A stretch of DNA of 64,000 nucleotides from Planctomycetota bacterium (GCA_016209685.1 JACQVQ010000005.1:24655-88654), one strand, 5' to 3'. Positions 1 through 8,657 are shown, numbered from the stretch's first letter. Numbers and translations are program-made. Notes: generated by a model from the sequence alone, not told the origin.

Positions 1-224
1 GCCCTGGCCAGCCCAGCCACGGTAACGCCCCGTATCTCTTTCGCAACGGCCTTTACCGCATCAAAATCCCCCTGGGAGGCAACGGGGAAGCCTGCCTCAA
101 TGACGTCCACCCCCAGACGGGCCAGTTGATGGGCTATCTGGAGTTTTTCGTGTATGTTGAGGCTTACCCCCGCAGACTGCTCCCCATCTCTGAGAGTGGT
201 ATCAAATACGATTACCTTTTTCAT
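1..224 (-). CDS. leuA: 2-isopropylmalate synthase, N-terminal part (gene runs off the window start)
   Basis: ATG at 224-222. Own translation is [54 protein letters not shown], which carries the DTTLRDGEQ / IEAGFP signature of LeuA-type HMGL enzymes. It lies downstream of ilvBNC. Citramalate synthase cannot be excluded. Confidence 0.8.
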   Translation of the reverse strand, partial: MKKVIVFDTTLRDGEQSAGVSLNIHEKLQIAHQLARLGVDVIEAGFPVASQGDFDAVKAVAKEIRGVTVAGLAR

Positions 225-256
225 AAATCCATTTTACAAAAATACACCCCCCAAAA

Positions 257-344
257 CTAGGGGCCAGGGGCCAGGGGCCAGGGACCAGGGGACAGGGACC
301 AGGGAAATAAATTTTTTCTACTCCCTACCCCCTACTCCCTAACC
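257..344. repeat. Heptad-word inverted repeat (CAGGGGA/CAGGGAC arm, AAATAAATTTTTT centre, CTACTCC/CTACCCC arm)
   Basis: ctaggggccaggggccaggggccagggaccaggggacagggaccaggg-aaataaatttttt-ctactccctaccccctactccctaacc. Clear 7-nt periodicity. The core is near-identical to 3822-3865. Confidence 0.9.
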
Positions 345-348
345 ACTA

Positions 349-1344
349 TTACTTCGCCTCAATCCAGCCCATCTTCTGGCGGAGTTCCTTACCGACCTTT
401 TCAATGAGCAGGTCTTTCTCCCTGGCACGGAGGGCCTCAAAGGAGGGGGCCCCGGCCTTATTCTCCAGCACCCATTCCTTGGCGAACCTGCCCGTCTGGA
501 TTTCGGAGAGGATTTTCTTCATCTCCTTTTTGGTCTCTTCATTGACTATCCTCGGGCCTCTGGTCAGGTCGCCAAACTCGGCGGTGTTGCTTATGGATTT
601 GCGCATGTGGGCTAGACCGCCCTCGTAGAAGAGGTCTACGATGAGTTTGAGTTCGTGGAAACACTCAAAATAGGCCAGTTCTGGCTGGTAGCCAGCCTCC
701 ACCAGTGTCTCAAAACCTGCCTTGACCAGGGCACTGACGCCGCCGCACAGGACTGTCTGTTCACCAAAGAGGTCTGTCTCCGTCTCTTCTGCGAAGGTGG
801 TCTCAATGACCCCGGCCCTTGTGCCGCCAATGGACATGGCATAGGCAAGGGCCACGTCCTTGGCCTTGCCTGATACGTCCTGGTAGATGGCCAGGAGGCA
901 TGGGACACCCCCGCCTTTCTGGTATTCCGTCCTCACCAATCTCCCGGGGCCCTTGGGGGCGACCATCATGACGTCTATTTCTGGGGTGGGGACAACCTGA
1001 TGGTAGTGTATGTTGAAACCGTGGGAGAAGCCCAGGGTCTTTCCCTTTTTGAGATGGGGTCTTATCTGGTCGTTGTATATACCGGGCTGTACCTCGTCTG
1101 GGAGGAGTATGTGGATAATGCTCCCTTCCTGGGATGCCTCCGGGATATTGAGGACTTTGAAGCCGTCCTTTTTGGCCTGGGTAAAGCTGGCCCCTTCGGG
1201 CCGGAGGCCGATGAGTACCTCCACCCCGCTGTCCCTTGCGTTCTGGGCCTGGGCCCTGCCCTGACTGCCGTAGCCTATGACTGCCAGCTTCTTGCCCTTC
1301 AGGTGTTTAAGGTTTGCGTTTTTATCGTAGTACATTTTTGCCAT
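349..1344 (-). CDS. ilvC: Ketol-acid reductoisomerase
   Basis: 331 aa. [12 protein letters not shown]...[19 protein letters not shown] Rossmann motif, class I KARI length, and ilvB-ilvN-ilvC synteny. Confidence 0.97.
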   Translation of the reverse strand: MAKMYYDKNANLKHLKGKKLAVIGYGSQGRAQAQNARDSGVEVLIGLRPEGASFTQAKKDGFKVLNIPEASQEGSIIHILLPDEVQPGIYNDQIRPHLKKGKTLGFSHGFNIHYHQVVPTPEIDVMMVAPKGPGRLVRTEYQKGGGVPCLLAIYQDVSGKAKDVALAYAMSIGGTRAGVIETTFAEETETDLFGEQTVLCGGVSALVKAGFETLVEAGYQPELAYFECFHELKLIVDLFYEGGLAHMRKSISNTAEFGDLTRGPRIVNEETKKEMKKILSEIQTGRFAKEWVLENKAGAPSFEALRAREKDLLIEKVGKELRQKMGWIEAK

Positions 1345-1367
1345 TACCTGGTTGCTCCTTTGATTAA

Positions 1368-1442
1368 AGGTTACAGGGAACAGGTTACAGGTGGTAGGTA
1401 AAAGTCTTTTCCCTGTCTTCCTGTTACCTGTGGCCTGTTTCC
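1368..1442. repeat. Heptad-word inverted repeat (ACAGGTT/ACAGGGA family) between ilvN and ilvC
   Basis: aggttacagggaacaggttacaggtggtaggt-aaaagtctttt-ccctgtcttcctgttacctgtggcctgtttcc. Confidence 0.9.
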
Positions 1443-1931
1443 TTATTTGCTTCCCCTTGCCATTGCAATCTGGCCTGTGCGGGCCATCTCCTTGATGCCG
1501 TAGGTGTGGAGGAGCTTGATCATGGCCTCCAGTTTGTCCTCGGTTCCCGACAACTCTATAATCACGTCCTTCTGTCCCACGTCTATTATCTTTCCACGGA
1601 AGATGTCCACTACCTCCAGTATCTCTCCCCTCTTTCCTGGGGGGACGTTGACCTTTACCAGTAACAAGTCCCTCTCCACGTAGGGGGTATCTGTAAGGTC
1701 TATGACCTTGATGACGTCAATGACCTTCCCCAGTTGCTTGCGGACCTGTTCTATGGTGGCATCGTCTCCCTTGACCACTACTGTGAGCCTGGAGAGTTCG
1801 GGGTTTTCCGTCTCACCTACCGTGAGGCTGTCAATATTGAATCCCCTGCTGGTGAAGAGGCCCACAATCCTGGCCAGGACGCCGACCTTGTTCTCTACTA
1901 GGGCTGTAATGACGTGTCTCATGTCTTTCAA
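1443..1931 (-). CDS. ilvN: Acetolactate synthase small (regulatory) subunit
   Basis: 162 aa. ACT-domain start [33 protein letters not shown]. Located directly downstream of ilvB. Confidence 0.95.
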   Translation of the reverse strand: MKDMRHVITALVENKVGVLARIVGLFTSRGFNIDSLTVGETENPELSRLTVVVKGDDATIEQVRKQLGKVIDVIKVIDLTDTPYVERDLLLVKVNVPPGKRGEILEVVDIFRGKIIDVGQKDVIIELSGTEDKLEAMIKLLHTYGIKEMARTGQIAMARGSK

Positions 1932-2005
1932 GGTTACAGGGGACAGGCTACAGGATACAGGGAAAAAGATTTTTACCTGTTACCTGTCTCCTTTTACCTG
2001 TTGCC
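1931..2005. repeat. Heptad-word inverted repeat (ACAGGNN family) between ilvB and ilvN
   Basis: aggttacaggggacaggctacaggatacaggg-aaaaagattttt-acctgttacctgtctccttttacctgttgcc. The core is near-identical to 63681-63722. Confidence 0.9.
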
Positions 2006-2008
2006 TTC

Positions 2009-3697
2009 CTATGCCATGCCTCCAAACGTGCCTTCCCTGATGGCATCCTTGACGGTCTTGCCTGCTGGTATCATGGGGAAGACGTTTTCTTCCTCCCCAA
2101 TCCTGAAGTCAATCACCACTGGACCTTTTATGGCCATGGCCTTCTCCAGCGTGGGCCTTACCTCCTCCTTGCGTTCCACCCGAAAGCCCTTAGCCCCATA
2201 GGCCTCGGCCACCTTGACAAAGTCCGGGTTGTCCTCCAGATGGGTCTGGGAGTACCTTTTCTTGTAAAAGAGTTCCTGCCACTGGCGGACCATCCCCAGA
2301 TAGCCGTTATTCATGATGGCTACCTTCACAGGGAGTTTGTGGTGGACCGCTGTGGCTAGTTCCTGGATGTTCATCTGGAAGCTGCCGTCTCCTGCAATGT
2401 CTATCACGGTCTTATCAGGGCAACCCAACTGTGCACCTATGGCGGCAGGGAAACCGAAGCCCATAGTGCCAAGCCCTCCTGAGGATATCAGGGTGCGCGG
2501 CCTGGTAAAGGTGTAATACTGGGCAGTCCACATCTGGTGCTGCCCCACCTCCGTGGTGATGATGGCGTCACCCTTGGTAACCTCCCAGATTTGCTCAATG
2601 ATGTATTGGGGTTTAGGCAGCACGCCAGAGTTGTCGTAGGAAAGGGGGTATTTTTCCTTCCATTCCCTTATCTTTTCTAGCCACTCTTTCCTCTCCGCGG
2701 GCTGTATCATGGGGAGGAGTTCAGCTAGTGTGTTCTTGGCGTCACCCACCACGGGGACGTCTACCTTGATGTTCTTGCTGATGGAGGCAGGGTCTATATC
2801 TATGTGAATAATCTTTGCACGTGGAGCAAACTCATCCAGCTTGCCGGTGATCCTGTCGTCAAATCTGGCCCCGATGGCAATAAGCAGGTCGCATTCCGTG
2901 ACGGCATGGTTGGCGTACAGGGTACCGTGCATGCCCAACATGCCCAGCGAGAGTTCGTGGTCTTCCGGAAAACCTCCAAGGCCCATGAGTGTGGTGGTAA
3001 CGGGGAAGTTACCTCTTTCTGCCATCTCCAGGAGTTCTTTGTGACAGCCCGAGTGGATGATGCCACCGCCGGTGTAGACCACCGGCCTCTTGGAGTGGTT
3101 GATGGCCTCGGCGGCGAGGCGTATCTGTCTCGGGTTACCCTGATAACGGGGTTTGTAGCCTGGCAGATTCACCTCTTCCGGGATTGCACCATCCCAGGTC
3201 TCCGTGGTGATGTCCACGGGCAGGTCTATCACCACCGGACCACACCTGCCGGTACTGGCGATGTGAAATGCCTCGTTAACCGCCCCGGGGAGGTCTCTGA
3301 TGTCTTTGATGAGGTAATTATGTTTGGTGATGGGACGGGTGATGCCTGTGACATCGGCCTCCTGGAAGGCGTCGCTTCCAATGAATTTGCGTTTCACCTG
3401 GCCCGTGATAGCCACCACAGGGATAGAGTCCATAAAGGCGGTGGCGAGGGCGGTAGTAAGGTTGGTAGCCCCTGGACCGGAGGTGACCAGGCAGACGCCC
3501 ACCTTTCCCGTGGCCCTGGCATAACCATCGGCGGCATGTCCTGCCCCCTGTTCGTGCCTGGTAAGGATGAACTTTATGGGGGAGTCGTAGAGGGTATCAA
3601 AGAGTGGCAGTACCGCACCCCCAGGGATGCCAAATACGTACTCCACCCCTTTCTTAATCAGCATGTCTACCAGGATTTGTGCACCTGTTTTTGCCAT
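2009..3697 (-). CDS. ilvB: Acetolactate synthase large (catalytic) subunit
   Basis: 562 aa TPP/FAD enzyme. Motifs GIPGGAVLPLFD, HEQGAGHAADGYAR, GGLGTMGFGFPAAIGA, GDGSFQMNIQEL. Confidence 0.97.
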   Translation of the reverse strand: MAKTGAQILVDMLIKKGVEYVFGIPGGAVLPLFDTLYDSPIKFILTRHEQGAGHAADGYARATGKVGVCLVTSGPGATNLTTALATAFMDSIPVVAITGQVKRKFIGSDAFQEADVTGITRPITKHNYLIKDIRDLPGAVNEAFHIASTGRCGPVVIDLPVDITTETWDGAIPEEVNLPGYKPRYQGNPRQIRLAAEAINHSKRPVVYTGGGIIHSGCHKELLEMAERGNFPVTTTLMGLGGFPEDHELSLGMLGMHGTLYANHAVTECDLLIAIGARFDDRITGKLDEFAPRAKIIHIDIDPASISKNIKVDVPVVGDAKNTLAELLPMIQPAERKEWLEKIREWKEKYPLSYDNSGVLPKPQYIIEQIWEVTKGDAIITTEVGQHQMWTAQYYTFTRPRTLISSGGLGTMGFGFPAAIGAQLGCPDKTVIDIAGDGSFQMNIQELATAVHHKLPVKVAIMNNGYLGMVRQWQELFYKKRYSQTHLEDNPDFVKVAEAYGAKGFRVERKEEVRPTLEKAMAIKGPVVIDFRIGEEENVFPMIPAGKTVKDAIREGTFGGMA

Positions 3698-3716
3698 AGC
3701 TCTCTATATTACTCAT

Positions 3717-3731
3717 TCCGCCAGAGGCGGA
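3717..3731. repeat. CCGCCNNAGGCGG-family palindrome (tccgccagaggcgga) in the ilvB leader
   Basis: Perfect 6-bp arms around a 3-nt centre. Same family as 6218, 15116, 18006, 22194, 26398, 35477, 42004 and 55477. Confidence 0.85.
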
Positions 3732-3773
3732 GATTTGAACAAAGGGTATTATACAAAAAGGAAAAGCAAATTG

Positions 3774-3902
3774 CAGGACTAGAAACAGGGATCAGGAGCC
3801 AGGGGCTAGGGGGCAGGGGACAGGGACCAGGGGACAGGGACCAGGGAAATAAATTTTTTTCTAATCCCTGACCCCTAATCCCTGGCCCCTAATCCCTGCT
3901 CC
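3774..3902. repeat. Heptad-word inverted repeat (CAGGGGA/CAGGGAC family), long copy
   Basis: A G-tract arm of about 73 nt, the centre aaataaattttttt, then the arm ctaatccctgacccctaatccctggcccctaatccctgctcc. Confidence 0.9.
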
Positions 3903-3931
3903 TTTTGACCCCGGGCCTTATTGGTACGGGG

Positions 3932-4417
3932 TTAGGGTAGGAGGCCTTCTCCAAGACGTCCTTCCCTCTTCTCTTCAGGGTACTCCGCTTCATAATATTC
4001 AATGTCGTCCAGATACTCCATTTTAGTAGGTTCGTAGCCTGGTTGAGTAGATTTCTCTAACTCCTCCTTAAAGGCAGTCAGCACCTTCTGCTGGATAAGC
4101 TCGCGGCATCCGGTGTTAATGGGATGTGCGGTGTCGGCGTAAAGTCTTACCTTTGCACCGGTGGCCAGAAACCGCTTTTCCGCAAGCCTTACTCCACAGT
4201 CATTACAATACTGGGCCCGAAGGTGATTCTTTCCCCTGCACTTGGGACACCTATCAGCTAACTTTCGGCTGGGCATGGCCACAAAGGCCCCATTCTGGCC
4301 CTCAATTATCTTTAGGTCTCTCACTACGAAGTCATTATCAATAGTAATGCTACAAAAGGCCTGCAGGCGATTCTTGTTGGGTCCGGTGAGCTTCACTCTC
4401 ACCTCTGTAATCTCCAC
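3932..4417 (-). CDS. spoVG: SpoVG-family protein with an embedded C4 zinc-ribbon insertion and an acidic C-terminal tail
   Basis: GTG start with an AGGGGG SD 7 nt upstream. The N-terminus MEITEVRVKL...FCSITIDNDFVVRDLKIIEGQNGAFVAMPSRK and the later AHPINTGCRELIQ match SpoVG. Between them lies CPKCRGKNHLRAQYCNDCG. Confidence 0.85.
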   Translation of the reverse strand: MEITEVRVKLTGPNKNRLQAFCSITIDNDFVVRDLKIIEGQNGAFVAMPSRKLADRCPKCRGKNHLRAQYCNDCGVRLAEKRFLATGAKVRLYADTAHPINTGCRELIQQKVLTAFKEELEKSTQPGYEPTKMEYLDDIEYYEAEYPEEKREGRLGEGLLP

Positions 4418-4435
4418 GGTAGAACCCCCTTTTTA

Positions 4436-4495
4436 GTAGTGGGCGTATTGTCCGCCAGAGACGGATCTGCCTCAGGTACGACAATACACCCCTAC
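4436..4495. repeat. Degenerate composite GTAGGGGC...CCCCTAC-family element in the spoVG leader
   Basis: gtagtgggcgtattgtc...gacaatacacccctac outer arms enclosing a ccgccagagacgg / gcctcagg segment. Confidence 0.7.
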
Positions 4496-4531
4496 GAGGC
4501 TGATGGGAAAATATCCAGGTCTCCACCTCTT

Positions 4532-5419
4532 CTAGGAGTGTGGGCGAGCAACGTATACCTTGTCAAACCCCTTCCTTTTAAGCTCTCGTCTAGTCTCTTC
4601 AGCCTCCCTTCCAGTATTGAAAAGACCGTATATGCAAGAACCGCTCCCTGAGAGCAATACCCCACAGGGACGGTAACTTTCAAGCAGGGTTTTTATCTCT
4701 TGAAGCTTCGGATACAGGCCAAAGGCCACTGCCTCTAATCTATTAAAGAGCAACTGCCCCAAAGACTTAGGACTTCCCGACTTAAGGACAGTGAGAAGGA
4801 GGCTAACATCTTTCCTGTCCTTTGTCAAGTCTATTTTCAGGTTCTGATAAATGGTGGCGGTAGGAATCTTTATGTTTGGGTAGAGGAGGGTATAATAAAG
4901 GTCCTTTCTCGCCGTTAGGGGTGGGCCGACCCTCTCTCCCCTTCCGCTACAAAGGGCGGTCCCGCCCTGGATGAAGAAGGGGACATCTGAGCCCAGCCTT
5001 GCGGCCATTTCCATAAGCCTTTCCCTCCCGATACCTGTCTGCCACAAGGCGTCTAACCCCTTTAATACCGTAGCGGCGTCTGAACTCCCCCCACCAAGCC
5101 CGGCCCCTACGGGAACCCTCTTCTCCAGACGTATTTTTAGGCCCCTGCTGATTCCAAGTTCTTCCTGGAAGAGTCTTGCGGCCTTCCATACCAGGTTATC
5201 TTCGTTGCAAGGGATTTCTGTATCAGTGCAGTGGAGTTCTATGCCTTTGTCGCCAGCGGTGCTACCGCTTTCTTCTATTTCCAGTGTGTCCGCCAGGTCT
5301 ATCTCCTGCATAACGGTCTCAATCTCATGATACCCGTCCGCCCTCTTGCCAAGGATTTCTAGAAAGAGGTTAATCTTGGCTGGGGACTGGAGACGGAGTT
5401 TTTTATAGACTTTAGACAT
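4532..5419 (-). CDS. ispE: 4-diphosphocytidyl-2-C-methyl-D-erythritol kinase
   Basis: 295 aa GHMP kinase. SPAKINLFLEILGKRADGYHEI and KRVPVGAGLGGGSSDAA motifs. Confidence 0.95.
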   Translation of the reverse strand: MSKVYKKLRLQSPAKINLFLEILGKRADGYHEIETVMQEIDLADTLEIEESGSTAGDKGIELHCTDTEIPCNEDNLVWKAARLFQEELGISRGLKIRLEKRVPVGAGLGGGSSDAATVLKGLDALWQTGIGRERLMEMAARLGSDVPFFIQGGTALCSGRGERVGPPLTARKDLYYTLLYPNIKIPTATIYQNLKIDLTKDRKDVSLLLTVLKSGSPKSLGQLLFNRLEAVAFGLYPKLQEIKTLLESYRPCGVLLSGSGSCIYGLFNTGREAEETRRELKRKGFDKVYVARPHS

Positions 5420-5492
5420 TGGACTATAGACTCTGGACTAAAGACCCTGCATTATAGATTAGTCTAAAGTCCAAAGTCTATAGTCTAAAGAA
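5404..5492. repeat. Heptad-word inverted repeat (TAGACTN/TGGACTA family) overlapping the ispE start and the rsmD stop
   Basis: gactatagactctggactaaagac (5422-5445) pairs with gtctaaagtccaaagtctatagtc (5463-5486), 21/24 complementary. The ispE codons MSKVYK and the rsmD stop lie inside the words. Confidence 0.85.
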
Positions 5493-6056
5493 GGCCAGTG
5501 TAGTATCACCGTAACTCCTTTTATCAAAGAGACAGAGATTGCCCAGACTCTCTGGCAGTTCAACCTTGTGGGTCCTATACCTTACCACTGCAATGGCATC
5601 CTTCTCCAGGAGGGACTCTCCTCCACTGCCCAATGCAGATACCAGGTCAAAGATCCCCTGTCCTTCCTTTGGTCTCTCCCACAGCACGTAGGGGGGGTCA
5701 ATAAAGACTAGTCCAAACCGCATCCCCCTTTTTTGGAGTTCTGGGAGGCATTTAAAGGCATCTCTTTTGAGTATAGTGCCTCTGGTAGCAAATCCAGTTG
5801 ACTCAAGATTTTTTCTTAGGGCCTGTACGGCCCTGGCGTCTCTTTCAATAAACACACACTGTCTGGCCCCCCGGCTCAGGGCCTCAATGCCCAGTGCCCC
5901 GGTGCCCGCAAAGAGGTCTAGTACAATACTCCCTTCCACCACGTTAGCCAGGATGTTAAAGACAGCCTCTCTTATCTTATCCTGGGCGGGCCTTACTTCA
6001 AGACCTCTGGGGCAGAAGAGTTGTCTACCTCTTGCCAGACCTCCGCTGATACGCAT
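5478..6056 (-). CDS. rsmD: 16S rRNA (guanine966-N2)-methyltransferase
   Basis: 192 aa. LDLFAGTGALGIEALSRGA SAM motif and FIDPPY catalytic motif. Confidence 0.9.
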   Translation of the reverse strand: MRISGGLARGRQLFCPRGLEVRPAQDKIREAVFNILANVVEGSIVLDLFAGTGALGIEALSRGARQCVFIERDARAVQALRKNLESTGFATRGTILKRDAFKCLPELQKRGMRFGLVFIDPPYVLWERPKEGQGIFDLVSALGSGGESLLEKDAIAVVRYRTHKVELPESLGNLCLFDKRSYGDTTLAFFRL

Positions 6057-6148
6057 GTCCTTAAATTATAACAATGTAATCGCACAGGACAAGTAGGTGT
6101 CCCCTAGCTTACTTGACCCCCACTGGGGTCCATGATAAGATTACTTCC

Positions 6149-6234
6149 GTAGGGACAGGTCCCGCCCAGAACATGGCGTCCTCCCAACAAAAGGCGGACT
6201 TTCAGGATTTTCAACTTGTCCGCCTCAGGCGGAC
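6149..6234. repeat. Composite repeat: GTAGGG...GGCGTCCTCC..AGGCGGACTTTC..GATTTTCAAC + gtccgcctcaggcggac
   Basis: Shares the strings catggcgtcctcc and aggcggactttc(ag) with 41866-41938 (reverse orientation). Shares ggcgtcctcc..aggcggactttc and gattttcaac with 42580-42673. Confidence 0.8.
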
Positions 6235-6722
6235 CCCTTAGTGAGGTAGACCAGGTGTCTAAATCTTGTAGTGAGCGAAGCGAATCTGCTGGAAGGGTTG
6301 TTGCAGTCTGTATAAGTGAGAGAAAGGGCACCCAGAAGAAAGACGTTGGGGAGGCCCGTCTCACAGAAGACTACGGCATAGAAAAGGATGCCCATGCCGG
6401 TCCTGGCCATCGCCAGGTCAGCCTGCTGGCCCTTGAGAGCGCCGATACCATGCGGGCCAAGGGACTTGATATAGACTCAGGAGATTTTGGGGAAAATGTC
6501 GTTACAGAGGGCATCCATCTCAAGGATTTGCAGCTGGGTACCAGATTAAAGGTCGGCAAAGAGTCCCTCCTGGAGATTACACAGATAGGTAAAGAGTGTC
6601 ATGACCGCTGTGCCATCTATTATAAGGCCGGGGACTGCATCATGCCACGAGAGGGCATCTTCGCCAGGGTGCTCAAGGGCGGTACCATCCATGTTGGGGA
6701 TAAAATAGAGATAATCTACTAA
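6216..6722 (+). CDS. MOSC-domain protein (Moco sulfurase C-terminal-type). Start uncertain.
   Basis: From GRVVAVCISERKGTQKKDVGEARL onward it looks like single-domain MOSC proteins (GENVVTEGI, KECHDRCAIY). The first ~25 codons are encoded by repeats (SASGG, CSERSES). A GTG near 6252 is an alternative start. Confidence 0.75.
   Translation: MSASGGPLSEVDQVSKSCSERSESAGRVVAVCISERKGTQKKDVGEARLTEDYGIEKDAHAGPGHRQVSLLALESADTMRAKGLDIDSGDFGENVVTEGIHLKDLQLGTRLKVGKESLLEITQIGKECHDRCAIYYKAGDCIMPREGIFARVLKGGTIHVGDKIEIIY
6267..6287 (+). repeat. TGTAGTGAGCGAAGCGAATCT(A) 22-mer repeat, copy 1
   Basis: Exact string match. Other copies at 30720, 35512, 56956 (reverse) and 57966. Confidence 0.9.
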
Positions 6723-6725
6723 AAA

Positions 6726-6852
6726 GGTAACAGGTGACAGGCAACAGGTAACGGGAGACAGGTAACAGGTAAAAATATTTTTCCCTGTATCCTGTAACCT
6801 GTCCCCTGTAACCTTGCTTTTCCCTGTCTCCTGTAAACTGTTACCTGTAACC
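6726..6852. repeat. Heptad-word inverted repeat (ACAGGTA family), long copy
   Basis: ggtaacaggtgacaggcaacaggtaacgggagacaggtaacaggt-aaaaatattttt-ccctgtatcctgtaacctgtcccctgtaacc...ctgttacctgtaacc. Confidence 0.9.
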
Positions 6853-6857
6853 TAATA

Positions 6858-7367
6858 ATGATAAAGGCGGCCATACTCACCATCAGTGACAAGGGTTCCC
6901 GCGGGGAGAGGGAAGATAAGAGCGGACAGGTCATAAAGGACATCCTCAAAGAGATAGGGGTTGAAGACCCCCTTTATGATATAGTGCCTGACGAGAGGGG
7001 ACTTATCGTAAAGAAACTCAGGGAATGGAAGGATAGGGTAGACCTCGTCCTTACTACTGGTGGCACGGGCGTGGCCCCCAGGGACGTTACCCCGGAGGCA
7101 ACCAGAGAGGTGATTGAAAAGGAACTGCCTGGTTACGGGGAGGCCATGAGGATGGAGGGTTTTAAGGTCACCCCCAGGGCCATTGGTTCCAGGGCATTGG
7201 CCGGTATTGCAGGGAGGTGTCTTATAGTCAACCTCCCAGGGAGTCCCAAGGGGGTAGAGGAATGTCTCAGGGTTGTCCTTGAGGTCATACCCCACACCAT
7301 AGAACTGATAAAGGGCGAGGGAGGGGAGTGTGCCCGGCCTCACGAGAGGCATCATCATTACGAATAA
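6858..7367 (+). CDS. mogA: Molybdopterin adenylyltransferase (MogA/MoaB family)
   Basis: 169 aa. AAILTISDKGSRGEREDKSG and LVLTTGGTGVAPRDVTPEAT motifs. Confidence 0.9.
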   Translation: MIKAAILTISDKGSRGEREDKSGQVIKDILKEIGVEDPLYDIVPDERGLIVKKLREWKDRVDLVLTTGGTGVAPRDVTPEATREVIEKELPGYGEAMRMEGFKVTPRAIGSRALAGIAGRCLIVNLPGSPKGVEECLRVVLEVIPHTIELIKGEGGECARPHERHHHYE

Positions 7368-7425
7368 CAGGTTACAGGAGACAGGAAACAGGTTAAAAAA
7401 AATCTTCACTGTGGCCTGTTCTTTG
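7366..7425. repeat. Heptad-word array (ACAGGNN family) with a short right arm
   Basis: aacaggttacaggagacaggaaacaggtt-aaaaaaaatc...gtggcctgttc. Confidence 0.75.
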
Positions 7426-7442
7426 TATCATTATCTTTAACT

Positions 7443-7470
7443 GAGATTCTTCGCTTCGCTCAGAATGACA
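7443..7470 (-). repeat. TGTCATTCTGAGCGAAGCGAAGAATCTC repeat (reverse orientation), 5 nt upstream of glyQ
   Basis: gagattcttcgcttcgctcagaatgaca. Same unit as 8722-8749. Confidence 0.9.
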
Positions 7471-7475
7471 AGTCC

Positions 7476-8381
7476 ATGGCAAAAGAAGACTTCCTAACCT
7501 TCCAGGAAATAATCCTCAGGCTCCAGAACTACTGGGCAAAGAGGGGCTGTGTCCTCATGCAACCCTACGATATTGAGGTAGGGGCCGGTACGTTTAACCC
7601 GTCCACCTTCCTCAAGGCCCTGGGACCGGAACCCTGGAGGGCGGCCTATATAGAGCCTTCCAGGAGACCCACGGACGGCCGCTACGGGGATAATCCCAAC
7701 CGCCTCCAGCATTATTACCAATTCCAGGTCATCCTCAAACCCGCCCCTGACGATTCCCAGCAGGTCTATCTGGATAGCCTCAGAGAACTGGGCATTGACC
7801 TGGTGTGCCACGACGTCCGCTTCGTGGAGGATGACTGGGAATCCCCCACCCTGGGCGCCACTGGACTGGGGTGGGAGGTATGGCTTGATGGACTGGAAAT
7901 CACCCAGTTCACCTACTTCCAGCAGGTAGGCGGGATAGAGCTGGAACCCATATCCCTGGAACTCACCTACGGGCTGGAGAGGATAGCCATGTTTATACAG
8001 AAGAAGGACTCCGTTTATGACCTGGTCTGGTCGGATGGTCTGACTTACGGTAACGTACACCACAGGGACGAGGTAGAATTCTCTACCTATAATTTCCAGG
8101 AGGCCGACGTCTCCATGCACCTCAGGCTCTTTGATATGTATGAGGCCGAATGTAAAAGGCTCCTGGAAAAGGAGCTAGTCCTCCCCGCCTACGATTACGT
8201 CCTCAAGTGCTCCCACACCTTTAACGTGCTTGACGCCCGCAAGGCAATAGGCGTAACCCAGCGGGTACGCTACATTGAAAGGGTAAGGAATCTTGCCAAA
8301 GCCTGTGCCGAGGGCTACCTGAAACTCAGGGAGAGCCTCGGTTGGCCCATGCTGAAACAGGGGCTAGGGACTAAGGATTAG
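7476..8381 (+). CDS. glyQ: Glycine--tRNA ligase alpha subunit
   Basis: 301 aa. [34 protein letters not shown]. No glyS follows. The C-terminal QGLGTKD is encoded by heptad words (caggggctagggactaaggattag). Confidence 0.97.
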   Translation: MAKEDFLTFQEIILRLQNYWAKRGCVLMQPYDIEVGAGTFNPSTFLKALGPEPWRAAYIEPSRRPTDGRYGDNPNRLQHYYQFQVILKPAPDDSQQVYLDSLRELGIDLVCHDVRFVEDDWESPTLGATGLGWEVWLDGLEITQFTYFQQVGGIELEPISLELTYGLERIAMFIQKKDSVYDLVWSDGLTYGNVHHRDEVEFSTYNFQEADVSMHLRLFDMYEAECKRLLEKELVLPAYDYVLKCSHTFNVLDARKAIGVTQRVRYIERVRNLAKACAEGYLKLRESLGWPMLKQGLGTKD

Positions 8382-8469
8382 AGGTTAACTGAAAAAAGGG
8401 TTGCTAAGGGGTGATAAGTATGAAGTTTAGGATAGAATCTTAAAAATATTGCAAGATGGGAGGCGAAAA

Positions 8470-8652
8470 ATGGGTAAGGTAATAGCAGGGAATACCGTAG
8501 CGATTCCAAAAAAAGAATATAAGTTCTTGAAGAAATTGTATAAAACTGTAAAGCGTCAGCAGTTTTTATTCAGGTTGGAAGAAGCTGAAAAGAACCTGAC
8601 GGCTGGCAAGACAAAAAAGGTTCCGGTTGATAAATTCATTGAAAGCATCTAA
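8470..8652 (+). CDS. Small antitoxin-like protein (60 aa)
   Basis: ATG preceded by GGGAGG. MGKVIAGNTVAIPKKEYKFLKKLYKTVKRQQFLFRLEEAEKNL... Small and basic, followed 5 nt later by a toxin-like stub. The family assignment is not verified. Confidence 0.45.
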   Translation: MGKVIAGNTVAIPKKEYKFLKKLYKTVKRQQFLFRLEEAEKNLTAGKTKKVPVDKFIESI

Positions 8653-8657
8653 TCCGC

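Noticed and set aside
257-344. Heptad hairpins as ordinary Rho-independent terminators
   Set aside because: The T-run sits in the centre (loop) of the palindrome rather than 3' of the stem. The elements also occur between genes of conserved operons (ilvB/N/C). A genuine terminator-like hairpin with a trailing U-tract looks different (43884-43918).
2804-3871. 355-aa ORF on the + strand
   Set aside because: It lies entirely antisense to the well-supported ilvB gene and then runs into the G-tract repeat. Its translation is Gly/Val/His-rich with no recognisable motifs, which is typical of a shadow ORF.
6852-8120. 185-aa and 208-aa ORFs on the - strand
   Set aside because: They are antisense shadows of mogA and glyQ.
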